Assembly (NCBI GenBank): GCA_963535845.1
Contig: CAUSYJ010000001.1
Location: 1 to 44,497, forward strand
Source: an uncultured Alloprevotella sp.
GTDB taxonomy: Bacteria; Bacteroidota; Bacteroidia; Bacteroidales; Bacteroidaceae
Length of the DNA: 44,497 nt
Reading direction: 5' to 3'
Shown piece by piece: positions 29,675-39,336 of this stretch (position 1 is its first letter; each line of letters begins with the position of its first letter). The notes below the pieces were generated by a model, which ran no database searches, was not told the DNA's origin, and worked only from the letters and a program-made list of their open reading frames with translations. Both the position numbers and the translations under genes were made by a program.

Positions 29675-30033
29675 TGTTTTGAAATTAGTTTGTATTCGAA
29701 ATGGGGCTCAAAGTACACGGGACATTGCAGGATGTCGCCAACGTAGAAAGCCGCTGTTTCTTCATCGTATCGAACGATGCCGCGGCGTGTCTCCTCGTTG
29801 TTCATATCGTAGTAGCTCACCTCGTCGCCGGTGTAGATCTCGTCGCCGTCCACTGTTTTCACGCCGATGTATTGCGCCACCGAATCGGGGTGCACTTCAA
29901 TGCAGCGCGGTGATGCGTCGGCGTGGCGTGTGTCGGGTTGAACGATGTAGGAGGCGGTGGCGTACTGCAACACGCCGCCGTAAACGATTGAGCCGTCGGC
30001 GATGGAGCGGCCGCGGAATTTGATTACTTGCAT
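29671..30033 (-). CDS. YopX-family protein
   Basis: IKFRG, VAQYIGVKTVDGDEIYTGD. Confidence 0.8.
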   Translation of the reverse strand: MQVIKFRGRSIADGSIVYGGVLQYATASYIVQPDTRHADASPRCIEVHPDSVAQYIGVKTVDGDEIYTGDEVSYYDMNNEETRRGIVRYDEETAAFYVGDILQCPVYFEPHFEYKLISKQ

Positions 30034-30046
30034 AGGGATGTTTTTA

Positions 30047-30517
30047 CTATTCTGTATATTTGAAGTCTTCGGGCTTTTTCTTGTCTTCATAAAAAAAACT
30101 CGGATTGTCGTGTATGTTACCAATAACTACACCTTCTCCTTCAGCAAACAAGTTTCCCAAGAAGTCAACGAAGGAATATTTTGAGCTGTATTGTATTTGT
30201 CCAGGCCAGCGAAGACGAAAGGACAAGGCGTTGATATCCCAAACCGCCATACAAATGCTGGGGTAAACTCCAAAGAGTCGACACTCAATTATATCCCCCT
30301 CCCAGACTTCGTGGGAACCATCGCTCGATTTCCAAACGAGCTGCCCTATGGTTTCGGGGATAACGACTTCCTCTTCCTCACAGTCAACATCCTGCGCTCT
30401 GATGGTGTAAAATTCGTCAGTCTTGTACATAGGATTAGAGTCATCTATGTAATGGCATAAATTGCCATAGCGCCAATTCCCGTGGTAGTCACGACCTCTA
30501 AACAAAATATCTCTCAT
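30047..30517 (-). CDS. YopX-family protein (second copy)
   Basis: ILFRG..W.YG, PETIGQ, EVWEGDI, VIGNIHDNP. Confidence 0.85.
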   Translation of the reverse strand: MRDILFRGRDYHGNWRYGNLCHYIDDSNPMYKTDEFYTIRAQDVDCEEEEVVIPETIGQLVWKSSDGSHEVWEGDIIECRLFGVYPSICMAVWDINALSFRLRWPGQIQYSSKYSFVDFLGNLFAEGEGVVIGNIHDNPSFFYEDKKKPEDFKYTE

Positions 30518-30529
30518 TTCTATTGAAGA

Positions 30530-30874
30530 CTACTTGATGTTGAACGGAAAGAACCAAGCGCGGATGCGTTGCCACAACGAAGGGCGCGGGGTGGGTGGGT
30601 ATCCGTATGCTCGCTCCGAGGGTGAGAGGGGACTAGTAATGACCCAATCACCCAAACGATCCATCAAGGAAGGGAGTATCATCTCTCTGACGAGTCTAAT
30701 CAGATTAGTTCTTTTCCCTCTTATACGTAAATAGGCCATTCTCGACTCCGACAACGAGACGAACATCATCGCGCGCCCATCTTTATTGTCCGCGCACCAT
30801 GCTTCTGCCATCGCGTCTAATTGCTTCTGCGTGACCTCTTGTTCGCTTTTCTTTCTGTTGTTTCTTTCGCTCAT
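30530..30874 (-). CDS. Hypothetical protein, paralog of 30916-31252
   Basis: ORF with A-rich start; C-terminal LWQRIRAWFFPFNIK. Confidence 0.7.
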   Translation of the reverse strand: MSERNNRKKSEQEVTQKQLDAMAEAWCADNKDGRAMMFVSLSESRMAYLRIRGKRTNLIRLVREMILPSLMDRLGDWVITSPLSPSERAYGYPPTPRPSLWQRIRAWFFPFNIK

Positions 30875-30915
30875 GTTGTTTATTTCTTAATTGAGAATTT
30901 GATTACTTGCATAGG

Positions 30916-31252
30916 TTAGCGTTCAATGTTGAAAGGAAGAAACCACGTGCGCAAACGCTGCCAGAAGTTCGCGGGCTTCTGTGCCGCCGTGTCTTCCCAA
31001 GTGAGAGAAAGGTGCGCATCGGGTTCCGTGGCGCGGAGTTGAGGGGCGAGACACAAGCGCACGCCGCTCGCTACAATTTCGGTGAGATGCTCATCGCAAC
31101 CAAATACGGCAGTCTGCACGCCTTGTTCGCGCGAATAGGTGAAGAGTACCACGGCGCGCTCGGCGCTTTGGGCTCGTTTCCACTTGCGGGCGAGGTCGTG
31201 CAAGCGTTCGGCGGTGAGGTGCCGGGTTCTGGTTTTTCTTTTTGTGTGTCAT
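30916..31252 (-). pseudogene. Paralog of 30530-30874 with its ATG out of frame
   Basis: Reading frame ends FWQRLRTWFLPFNIER; ATG 31252 is one base out of frame across an ACACAC/A-run tract. Confidence 0.5.
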
Positions 31253-31338
31253 GCTTTTTGTTGGAGATTATCGCGCTGAAAACAGCGCATTGCTTATTTA
31301 TTTCGCCGCTGACGGCGTTTATTGTTCGTTTCGATAAC

Positions 31339-32046
31339 TTATTCGTGCGCGCTTTGAAAAGCGCGGTGTGCGTCAAATTCGCGGGGATGCGCCGCAAGAT
31401 ACGCACGGGCGGCGTCTTCATCGCCGGCAAAACGTGCGGCGGCCAACTTCGCCAGGAGCGATTTATAGGTGCCGTAGTCCACGGCGTGCAGCTTTCGCCG
31501 CTCTTCCTCCGCCCGCCGTTGCAGTTCTTCGCGTTGTCGTTCGTAGTGGTCGATTTCCTTTTGCCGAGATTCGAGAAATCGGGGGATCCGCGATGCGATA
31601 TTCTCGGCGCGGACGCTGCCATAGACGACTTGGCCGTAGACGCCCGCCGCCAAGCGGGAGAAGAAGAGCATCACTTCGGCGAGATTGAGCGACGAGTAAC
31701 TCCCGAAGATTTCGAGGGCGAGGTGGTCAATGTCCGCCGCCGTCAAACGGTCGGCCTCGGAAAGCGTGGCGGAATAGGCGGCGATTTTATCCGAGAGCCA
31801 CGAGATGACAAATTCCTGCCCGCATTGTCGTCCCATTTGCACCAACGTGGGAGCATTGCCAAAGTAGCAGCGTTCGGGAACCAACGCGCACAGCGGCATA
31901 ATATCCGAGGAATAGGCCGTAACGTAGTACTGTCGCGCTTGTTTAATCTGTTCCGAAGGCAAGTTTGTGCAGACGGTCGGCGATGGCGTCGTTGCGGGCG
32001 CGCCGCTCTTCGCCATAACGGTCGAAATGTTTTGCGGGTGTGTCAT
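31339..32046 (-). CDS. Replication accessory protein (helicase loader/inhibitor-like)
   Basis: Overlaps the initiator 3' end; LNLAEVMLFFSRLAAGVYG.VYG motif. Confidence 0.6.
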   Translation of the reverse strand: MTHPQNISTVMAKSGAPATTPSPTVCTNLPSEQIKQARQYYVTAYSSDIMPLCALVPERCYFGNAPTLVQMGRQCGQEFVISWLSDKIAAYSATLSEADRLTAADIDHLALEIFGSYSSLNLAEVMLFFSRLAAGVYGQVVYGSVRAENIASRIPRFLESRQKEIDHYERQREELQRRAEEERRKLHAVDYGTYKSLLAKLAAARFAGDEDAARAYLAAHPREFDAHRAFQSAHE

Positions 32047-32989
32047 GCTGTGCGAGTTGAGTTGTGGGCTGCTGCGGGCGGTTGTCATACGTTCCCTCCA
32101 ATACGCGGGGGAAATTGTTCGGGCGGAAGAGCCATTCAAAGTCTGCGACGAAACCGCGGGAGCCGCCGCCGTTGAGAAAATCGGACGCGGCCGCTTTCTT
32201 CACCACCTCGGCGAGGGCTTCTTTGCCGTGTTCTTTCAGCCGTGCGCGGACAAACGCTGCGCGCTTGCTGTTGGGCGGGATACTGCGCACTTGCGGAATC
32301 TGTGCGTCGTGCGCGGCCATCGTTTCGTTGAAATAGCGGGCAAAGGCCGCCAAATCGAAATCGCTTTTATCTTTCGAACCGCCCCCCGCGGAGGGGGCTA
32401 CGCTTGCAGCCTCATCCCTCGCACCGGCATTGCGGAGCGGCTTGGCCGCGTGTACCTCTTCGACGTAAGGAGAAGAAGTACTATTCTCTTTTACTTTACT
32501 TTCCTTTCCTTTGGTACGTTTTTCGCTACCATTTGGTGCACCATTTGGTTGCGGTTCTGCTACCATTTGGTTGCTTATTTCGGCGGTTTTGGTCTTTTCG
32601 CGGTTTTCTTGGCGAACGGATACACCGAGGGCGGACGCTGCTTTGCGCTTCGCCGTTATTTCGTCTTTTCGCGCCATTCGCTGTCGTAGGCTTTCGGAGT
32701 AGAAACACTCACCGCGAACGGGGTCGACGGTGAAGGCAAATAACCCAAAGTCCCTAATTATTGACTTTGCGAGAGAAGCATCGATACGAAGGTCGAAAGC
32801 TATAAGATTATAATCAACGACACTCATATATTCCGGATCTTCTCGGAGGCGCTCTACGAGCATAAAGTAAACGCCATAACCCGCGGGGCCGTGCTTCATG
32901 CGCACATTTACCAGCCGTTCATCGTTGCGGGCGTTGGAATCGTGAGGAAAGTAGGAAGAGAGGGTTTTTGTTGCTTTCTTTCTTCCCAT
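31943..32989 (-). CDS. Replication initiator (DUF4373 / Lin1244-like N-terminus)
   Basis: YFPHDSNARND..G.AGYGVYF.LVE.L; KGKESKVKE linker; ADFEWLFRPNNF.RVLEG.Y. Confidence 0.85.
   Translation of the reverse strand: MGRKKATKTLSSYFPHDSNARNDERLVNVRMKHGPAGYGVYFMLVERLREDPEYMSVVDYNLIAFDLRIDASLAKSIIRDFGLFAFTVDPVRGECFYSESLRQRMARKDEITAKRKAASALGVSVRQENREKTKTAEISNQMVAEPQPNGAPNGSEKRTKGKESKVKENSTSSPYVEEVHAAKPLRNAGARDEAASVAPSAGGGSKDKSDFDLAAFARYFNETMAAHDAQIPQVRSIPPNSKRAAFVRARLKEHGKEALAEVVKKAAASDFLNGGGSRGFVADFEWLFRPNNFPRVLEGTYDNRPQQPTTQLAQHDTPAKHFDRYGEERRARNDAIADRLHKLAFGTD
32480..32574. repeat. Candidate replication origin (iterons plus AT-rich tract)
   Basis: ACCATTTGGT at 32528, 32540 and 32562 inside the initiator linker, next to a pyrimidine-rich tract. 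Confidence 0.65.
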
Positions 32990-33005
32990 GGTTGGTGTTA
33001 CCTAT

Positions 33006-33365
33006 TCATTCGCTGTTCTTTAGGTGTTCGCTGACAACACGCTCGAACGTTTCGAAATCTCGGACGACTTCATACCGATACCCGTAGGATTCTGCGTGTT
33101 GTTGCCACTCCTTTTGTGCGGGGCTTTGCCGCCCCTTTGCAGTCTTCATCTCAATGCACAGCGCGTGGTGCTGATGTGAGGGCACGAGAAGAAGCAAATC
33201 AGCCACGCCGGGCACGACGCCCTCAGCTTTGAGGCGCGCGCCGGTGATGTGGTCGCGTCGTCCGCCGTTCGGGACGGCAAAGAGGAGCGAGGAGAGTTCC
33301 GGGTATTGGTAGCGAAACCAACGGACGCAGGCGCATTGAAGTCGGTGTTCAGCGTCTTGCATCAA
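33006..33365 (-). CDS. VRR-NUC domain nuclease
   Basis: EHRLQ, FAVPNGG, GVVPGVADL, IEMK..KGRQS..QK.W. Confidence 0.9.
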   Translation of the reverse strand: MMQDAEHRLQCACVRWFRYQYPELSSLLFAVPNGGRRDHITGARLKAEGVVPGVADLLLLVPSHQHHALCIEMKTAKGRQSPAQKEWQQHAESYGYRYEVVRDFETFERVVSEHLKNSE

Positions 33366-33808
33366 GCGTCGGGCGTTTCTTCGTTCGTGTCTTTGATGAA
33401 CTCGACGATCGGAGTTTCAACAACCGAAAGGAGTTCGGGCTTGTGCATCGACTTGTCGAACTTGTCGAAGAGCAAGGCCACTGCATCGGTCAGTATTTCG
33501 GCGGCCACGAGCGCGGCTTCCTTCTTGTCGATTTCGAGACCTACACTATTCAGTGAGGTGATCGTGTAGACGATCTTGTAGAACGTCAATTCGGACGCAT
33601 CGACCGCGTCGATGATCACTGCGTCAAACTTTCGGCCGACCACGTCTGTCACTTTCGCCAGTGCGTTGCTGTGCTCGTATTCGGCCATCACCAGTTCTTC
33701 GGCGCGGGTGCAGCTGTCAGCCAGCACGAGATATGAAAAACGCTTTGTGGTCTTAACGTCTAAATCACTGACAATTTCGACGCGGGTCTTACATTCGTAG
33801 TATTTCAT
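33362..33808 (-). CDS. DUF4494-like protein
   Basis: YYECK..YLVLADSCTRAE and a second repeat ending SVVETPIVEF. Confidence 0.65.
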   Translation of the reverse strand: MKYYECKTRVEIVSDLDVKTTKRFSYLVLADSCTRAEELVMAEYEHSNALAKVTDVVGRKFDAVIIDAVDASELTFYKIVYTITSLNSVGLEIDKKEAALVAAEILTDAVALLFDKFDKSMHKPELLSVVETPIVEFIKDTNEETPDA

Positions 33809-34229
33809 TTTCGTTGTGGTTTGGTTCGGGGATTTCGATGTTGAGATATTGTTCGGCGTAGCGACGCAGGCGGTCGACATAGGTTTCGAATTCGAGGGTG
33901 GTCATCGCGGCCGTCGAGTTGGGGAGTGTCACGACTTCGCCCGTTTTGTAGTTGATGATGTGTTCGCCGGCCACTTGCTGTTTGAAAAATTGATGAACTT
34001 GTTCGCAGTTTGTGAACTCCCATCCCGCCTGCTGCAAGCCCGTTAAAAGCATCGGGTAAACAACGCCCCAGAGATATTTGTTTTGTGGTGTAGTCCTTCG
34101 GCGCTGCTTCCGTTGCACCGTGCAAACGTATTCTCCGACGGGCGATGTTTCGAGAAAGTGCCGCAGCGGAACAAAGTTTTGTTCGTCGTGGCGGTTGTAT
34201 TGAGTTAATTCGAGGGTGTATCTGAACAT
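33789..34229 (-). CDS. NinB-like recombination accessory protein
   Basis: RTTPQNKYLWG..H.FFK..STAAMTT.EF..Y. Confidence 0.65.
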   Translation of the reverse strand: MFRYTLELTQYNRHDEQNFVPLRHFLETSPVGEYVCTVQRKQRRRTTPQNKYLWGVVYPMLLTGLQQAGWEFTNCEQVHQFFKQQVAGEHIINYKTGEVVTLPNSTAAMTTLEFETYVDRLRRYAEQYLNIEIPEPNHNENEILRM

Positions 34230-34242
34230 TGGGGAATTTATA

Positions 34243-34977
34243 CTATGCCTCAAGCGTAATTTCCAATCCGGGCAGTGCGAGATATGTTGCTATTCCCGTC
34301 TTAGATTCCACGAGACGCTTAAACTCTTGGGGAGAGGAATTATTGTCAGATAGGTGCAATAGTACAATCTCTTTTACCTTCGACAAATCCTGTTTGCGTA
34401 TGGTGTGAAGCGTTGTGGCGATTTCCATGTGCGACGTTAGAAGACGTGATCGCATAGAAGATGGAACTTTGCCCGTGATAATGTTTTCTTCAAGAACATT
34501 GTCGGAATAGTTCGCTTCGATGAGTACGTGATCGAGACCTTGAATTTTATATGGAAAGGAAACACTGTCTGTGAGAAAGAGAAGTTTCCCCATTTCAGGA
34601 TGACGAATTACAAAAGACTCGCAAGGAACATCGTGAAAAGCTTCCAATGTGAGCACTTCAAACTCTCCTCCTACGAGCATCCATTGTCGACGGGTTGTTT
34701 CAACCAAGAGTGGCTGCACATCTAAGTCTTGAGAATTGATCACGTCCGATGAGCAATGCACCGCAACACCGGCGCGTGCCATGTCTGCCAGCCCTTTTGC
34801 GTGATCTCCGTGCCGATGGCTCACCACGCATCCGACAATCCGTGAAAGATTGAAGGCTAAAGCTCGTTTGATTTCGAGAAACGCGATACCGGCCTCAATA
34901 ATCAAGGTGCTGCCATCGTTCGCGGTGAGTAGATAACAGTTTCCTTTGGAGGACGATCCTAAAACTTGCAGTTTCAT
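34243..34977 (-). CDS. MBL-fold metallohydrolase / exonuclease
   Basis: LGSSSKGNCY, SHRHGDH, HDV, TD, IEANY, LLHLS. Confidence 0.9.
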   Translation of the reverse strand: MKLQVLGSSSKGNCYLLTANDGSTLIIEAGIAFLEIKRALAFNLSRIVGCVVSHRHGDHAKGLADMARAGVAVHCSSDVINSQDLDVQPLLVETTRRQWMLVGGEFEVLTLEAFHDVPCESFVIRHPEMGKLLFLTDSVSFPYKIQGLDHVLIEANYSDNVLEENIITGKVPSSMRSRLLTSHMEIATTLHTIRKQDLSKVKEIVLLHLSDNNSSPQEFKRLVESKTGIATYLALPGLEITLEA

Positions 34978-34988
34978 TGCCGAATAAA

Positions 34989-35888
34989 TTAGTAATCGGG
35001 GGTTTCGTTCTCATCTACTCCCGTAGTGGCAGTTGGAGAAGAACTGTTGTGCGGTTCATCTTTTACTTCTACGTAGCTGCCTGCGTCAAGATCAATCGTC
35101 GTATCGGGTGAAGTGACCATCGATTCTCGAGTAGCTTGTGCAGACGATTCCACCGAAGATTCGTTGATCATCGCCTCCTGCATCTCGATTGATAGATAAC
35201 CGTATTTTGAAAGGAGACGTCGGATAACGGTTTTCAATGCCATGGTTTCAAAATTTCCTTCCCATCCCGTTCCTTTCCCGGTAGAAGTCTCTTGTGCTTT
35301 TTTGATAAGCTGTTCAATCGTTGTCTCGCGACGTACGGAAGGCGAAAAACGTTTGGCGTAGGCGGCCACTTCATCGACACTCATGTAGAGTGTTTTGCTG
35401 AAACCATTGAGAAGTTCAAAGTGGGCGAAGTAGCCGATCACTCGTTCAGACGTCTTTTCGCCGTCGAACTTGATTTCTCCGGTTAGTTTATTTACCCCTC
35501 GGAGTTCGCCTTCATAGACCACGTCCGCGTTGATTGTTCGGTATTGCCCCGTGCGCATCGCCATTTGAATGTAGCCTTTGTAGCCTACAACAAAAGTTGG
35601 AGTGGGGATCTTAACCCATTGCCCGTTGCTGTCTCGTTTGTTGTTGTTATAAACAACGATATAGGAGAATCCCAGCGCCTTGTTGATGGGCAATTTGAGA
35701 ACTGCTGCTTTGAGTGCTTCTTGTATCACCAAACGTGGTTCACAAGTTTGTAAGGCTTGGTCTCCTGTATACACATCGATGATCGATGCCGTGAACGCAT
35801 CTTTGTTTTCTTTGAGTGCGTTGTAAAATTGTTTCTGCACGCTGTCTGCTTCAAGCATCGTGCGTAATACTGCGACTTGGGTTGCCAT
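34989..35888 (-). CDS. recT: RecT-family single-strand annealing protein
   Basis: GYKGYIQMAMRTGQYRTIN..VYEGE; W..NFETMALKTVIRRLL. Confidence 0.9.
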   Translation of the reverse strand: MATQVAVLRTMLEADSVQKQFYNALKENKDAFTASIIDVYTGDQALQTCEPRLVIQEALKAAVLKLPINKALGFSYIVVYNNNKRDSNGQWVKIPTPTFVVGYKGYIQMAMRTGQYRTINADVVYEGELRGVNKLTGEIKFDGEKTSERVIGYFAHFELLNGFSKTLYMSVDEVAAYAKRFSPSVRRETTIEQLIKKAQETSTGKGTGWEGNFETMALKTVIRRLLSKYGYLSIEMQEAMINESSVESSAQATRESMVTSPDTTIDLDAGSYVEVKDEPHNSSSPTATTGVDENETPDY

Positions 35889-35906
35889 TGTTTCTGGTTT
35901 TATAGG

Positions 35907-37850
35907 TTATTGCTTGGTGCTGTCGTCTTGTATAGTGACTGTAAAATCACCCTCAGTCACTCTCATTTCTATTGTTTGTGAGGGAATGCGCAAAAGATTG
36001 TTCACACTTTCTGCGTTGTCAACGAAGACCGGGGCTTGCACTTTGTAGTGTTCGCATAGGGTGCGAATGATGTCTAATCCTGCGTTGATTCGCGCTGCGC
36101 TGTTAAGCGTTGAGTTGTAGGCGACTCCATTAACCGTAGCCTTGCACGTTTCTTTGGGCGTTCCGTCAATCAGATAGTCGAAAAGACGGAACTTGACAAT
36201 GCGGAACTTCTCGTTGATCTTTCGTTCTGCAGTGGTGGCAAAGGCGCGCATGTACGTTGACAGCATATCCTCCTTATGCTCGATTTCTGCGTATTGCTGT
36301 GAAAGATCCGATAACTCGGAACGCAACTCTTTGATGCGCTGATTCGTTTTCTCTACGCGTTCAAAGACGGAGAGTGATTCGAGCAACTCTTTCTGTTCAC
36401 TACGCAGTTCCTCCAATCGTCGGTTGACACTTTCGTTGTCCTCCGGTTGTTCCGTGTCGGGAAGCGCTTCAATGAGGAGACGGAGTTCAGAGATTTCAGC
36501 GTTCCCGTCGACAGCCTTTGCAATGGTGGCTTCCAACGGCGTGTCCGTTCGCTCTTTTGTTCTCAGAGACAAAAGCTCGGCATTGATTTCAATCATTCGC
36601 TCTTTTGCCTTGCGGGATTCTTCAAGGCGACGCTCCAAATCTTCGCGTCGTCCCTTCAAATCTTTTCCCCTCTTTTGGTTTTCTTCCAAACGCTCGGCTT
36701 TGTCGATGTTGAATTTCTCCTGCAATTCCAGGCGCTTTGCTTCTATTTGGTGTGGCTCGAACGGTCTGTTGCAACACGGACATCTAAAGTCCTCGGCCGT
36801 TGCATTAAAAGTTTCGGCCTTAATGGATCTCCACTCTTCAATCAGGCGTTCCCGTTCTTTGGCAGAACTTTCGATTTGAGCTTCTATCTCTGCCACGAGC
36901 TTGGCGATAGGCTCTATTTTGGAGAACTCCGCACTTAATTTGCCAACAGTCTCCGCTCTTTTCGTAGCTGCTTGATTGTACTCCGTTGTGACCTGCGCTC
37001 TGATTTGTGCGAGAAGTGTTTCCAACTTAGCGGAAAGGCGTCTACGTTCTTCCGATTCGGGACTACTGCCCAGACCTCGCAAGAGTTTACCTTGTTCCGA
37101 TTCGTTCCTATCCAATATGGCACGAACCTCTTTTTCGTCCTTGTCGATTTCGGGGATCGAGCGTTTCAGTTCGTCAATACGCGTCGGTATGCTGTCGATT
37201 GGCGCTTTCAAGGCTTTCTTTTTCGCAAGAATTGAAGATCGCTCCGCATCAAGATTTCCCCCTTTGAATGCTTCAAAGATCTGCTCCGCGTCGTTGGCCG
37301 GTGCAATGGTGTTGAGTTCTTCTCTGACATCTTCGGGTGAGAGGTCTACAATCGAGAAAAGAAGTTTGCGTTGCTCTTCCCATTTCTGCTCAGCGAAGTG
37401 TCCAGGGGCAGTAATCGAACGGAAAATGGATTCCGGGCAAAGCTCATCGATCGCTTTCTTCCAAGCGCTTGCAGTCAATGGCTGTTCGTTCATGCGAAAC
37501 TCTTCGGTGTGCCCGGCAAGAGTTGGCTCAACAGCGCCACGTGTCTTTTTCCACTTCTCTTTGTATGTTCTTTCCAACAGGACCGTATGTCCGTCGACGT
37601 CGATACTCGCTTTAACTTGTACGTCCTTGCGTTTGATTTCGTCTCCGTTAGCGTCCAACGGCTTCAGATCAAACTTACTGTTCCCGTCGTGATCTTTTCC
37701 AAAGAGCAGCCATGTAAACGCATCGAAAATCGAAGTCTTACCGGTGCCGTTCCTTCCGGATATGACAGTGTGAGAACCAAAGTCAACAGACAAAGATTCT
37801 ATACCCTTGAAGTTGCTGAGGGTAAGACTTTGCAGCTTGATAAGTGACAT
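35907..37850 (-). CDS. SMC/Rad50-like ATPase
   Basis: NFKG, Walker A GRNGTGKT, coiled coil with CPCC hook, PVFVDNAES. Confidence 0.9.
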   Translation of the reverse strand: MSLIKLQSLTLSNFKGIESLSVDFGSHTVISGRNGTGKTSIFDAFTWLLFGKDHDGNSKFDLKPLDANGDEIKRKDVQVKASIDVDGHTVLLERTYKEKWKKTRGAVEPTLAGHTEEFRMNEQPLTASAWKKAIDELCPESIFRSITAPGHFAEQKWEEQRKLLFSIVDLSPEDVREELNTIAPANDAEQIFEAFKGGNLDAERSSILAKKKALKAPIDSIPTRIDELKRSIPEIDKDEKEVRAILDRNESEQGKLLRGLGSSPESEERRRLSAKLETLLAQIRAQVTTEYNQAATKRAETVGKLSAEFSKIEPIAKLVAEIEAQIESSAKERERLIEEWRSIKAETFNATAEDFRCPCCNRPFEPHQIEAKRLELQEKFNIDKAERLEENQKRGKDLKGRREDLERRLEESRKAKERMIEINAELLSLRTKERTDTPLEATIAKAVDGNAEISELRLLIEALPDTEQPEDNESVNRRLEELRSEQKELLESLSVFERVEKTNQRIKELRSELSDLSQQYAEIEHKEDMLSTYMRAFATTAERKINEKFRIVKFRLFDYLIDGTPKETCKATVNGVAYNSTLNSAARINAGLDIIRTLCEHYKVQAPVFVDNAESVNNLLRIPSQTIEMRVTEGDFTVTIQDDSTKQ

Positions 37851-37853
37851 GTT

Positions 37854-38018
37854 CTATTTGTTTTTATGGGTGATGGTTTTTAATTCTCGGTGTCGCAGGG
37901 CTTCAAACTCTCGCATCACCTCTTCGGGGCTTTTGCGTTCGCGGAGCGCGATGCGGAATAATAGGGCGTTGAAGTCTGCGCGGTGGGCAAGCAGGGCGGA
38001 AAATTCGCCGTCGGTCAT
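37854..38018 (-). CDS. Small hypothetical protein
   Basis: ATGA-coupled to the upstream gene. Confidence 0.5.
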   Translation of the reverse strand: MTDGEFSALLAHRADFNALLFRIALRERKSPEEVMREFEALRHRELKTITHKNK

Positions 38019-38401
38019 CGGAATAGGCTGTATTGGGGTTGGGGGCAACAGCGATCGGAGTAGTCGTTCACTTGCTCGGCGCGAATCTGTCGGTCGTATT
38101 CCTCCGAGGCTTCGCGCTCGACCAGCGCTTGTTCGGCGCGTTTGTGCAGATCGACCAAATAGCGATACAGCTTCATCGCCTCTTCATGACCGGCAAGGAG
38201 CGTCCCTTCTTCGATGGCTTCTTCTTCGTCTTCCGTTTCGCCCAGGAGCAGGAATGGCTCGTTGTTGAGTTCCTCGGGGCTTGTGTGCAGCACGTCGAAA
38301 ATGTCGTCTTCGAGCATCTCGATGATGTCGGCCAGTTCGTCGGAGGAGCCGTCGTGGATGCGACTCTTTACGAGGAAATCGTTTTCATATTCGAAATACA
38401 T
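38015..38401 (-). CDS. Very acidic hypothetical protein
   Basis: 128 aa, strongly D/E-rich. Confidence 0.7.
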   Translation of the reverse strand: MYFEYENDFLVKSRIHDGSSDELADIIEMLEDDIFDVLHTSPEELNNEPFLLLGETEDEEEAIEEGTLLAGHEEAMKLYRYLVDLHKRAEQALVEREASEEYDRQIRAEQVNDYSDRCCPQPQYSLFR

Positions 38402-38416
38402 AGCGGTGCGGGGTAA

Positions 38417-38725
38417 TTAGAGTTCGTATTCGTGAAGAGCGCCCGGGGCGATGGGCAACAGCTCGACGATAGCGCGGGCGAACGTGGCGCGTGCTTCTCG
38501 GAGTATCTTGCGGAGCATCTCCGCACCCTCGGGGGACTTCTCAACTCGGAAGTAGAGTCGTGCAGTTCCGTTGGCTTTCCGAATGTGAGAACGGATGAAC
38601 CAGACGTGCGGGTTGCGGGAGAATTTGAAGATGAATTCTTTTCGCTCCTCGAAACGCGGTGCCGGTTTCACGATCAGAGCGTGGGTGAGATACCTCCCCT
38701 TGGTGTCGATTAGTGGGTAGATCAT
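38417..38725 (-). CDS. Hypothetical protein
   Basis: ATGA-coupled to the DUF3853 gene. Confidence 0.6.
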   Translation of the reverse strand: MIYPLIDTKGRYLTHALIVKPAPRFEERKEFIFKFSRNPHVWFIRSHIRKANGTARLYFRVEKSPEGAEMLRKILREARATFARAIVELLPIAPGALHEYEL

Positions 38726-39027
38726 ACAATGCTTCTGAGTTCTCGGGTTTCCTTCTCGGCGTGTTGGGCAAAAAGCTGCTGCGCCTTGGCGGTGTCGGTG
38801 ACAATCTTTCGGCCGATCTGCCGAACGGCGGGGGCGAGAAATGTGTTTTTGTATTTGAGAGCCGTTACGACGGAGCACCCGAACAAATCTGCGATACCTT
38901 GTAGCCCGAAGACCTTCTCCGAGGATTCGGCGGCCTTGCGCTGTTCGCGCTGCTCGAGGGCTTCATTCACGGCGTTCTTGATGAGCGCTTGCAGGTCAGC
39001 TGCTGAGATGATGATCGCTTGTTCCAT
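38722..39027 (-). CDS. DUF3853-family HTH protein (excisionase-like)
   Basis: VFGLQGIADLFGCS..TA..K....AVRQIGRKIV.D..KA..L. Confidence 0.8.
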   Translation of the reverse strand: MEQAIIISAADLQALIKNAVNEALEQREQRKAAESSEKVFGLQGIADLFGCSVVTALKYKNTFLAPAVRQIGRKIVTDTAKAQQLFAQHAEKETRELRSIV

Positions 39028-39038
39028 TATTGTGTGTG

Positions 39039-39320
39039 TTAGGGGGCTTGTTTGTCGAACGACTCGTCGGGGCGGGCGATGGTCACCCAGCGGTTCACGC
39101 CGTCCGTTTGGTAAACGAGGCGCTCGCCTTGGTAGCGAGTTATAAATGTGATGGCGGCGCGAGCGCTTTCCACTGCGCGAATGTCGGGGAGAATGAATCT
39201 CACTTTTTCGCCCGTCTTGATGTCGCGTACCATCTGGCGGCTGACCTTTTCCACGCGTCGCAGATCGGTCGGTTCACGGAGATACGCCGTGATGCGGGCT
39301 CTTTCTTTTTTTCCTTTCAT
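39039..39320 (-). CDS. Small basic protein, possibly DNA-binding
   Basis: 93 aa, Arg/Lys-rich; directly downstream of the RNA array. Confidence 0.6.
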   Translation of the reverse strand: MKGKKERARITAYLREPTDLRRVEKVSRQMVRDIKTGEKVRFILPDIRAVESARAAITFITRYQGERLVYQTDGVNRWVTIARPDESFDKQAP

Positions 39321-39336
39321 ACGTTGAAATTATTGT

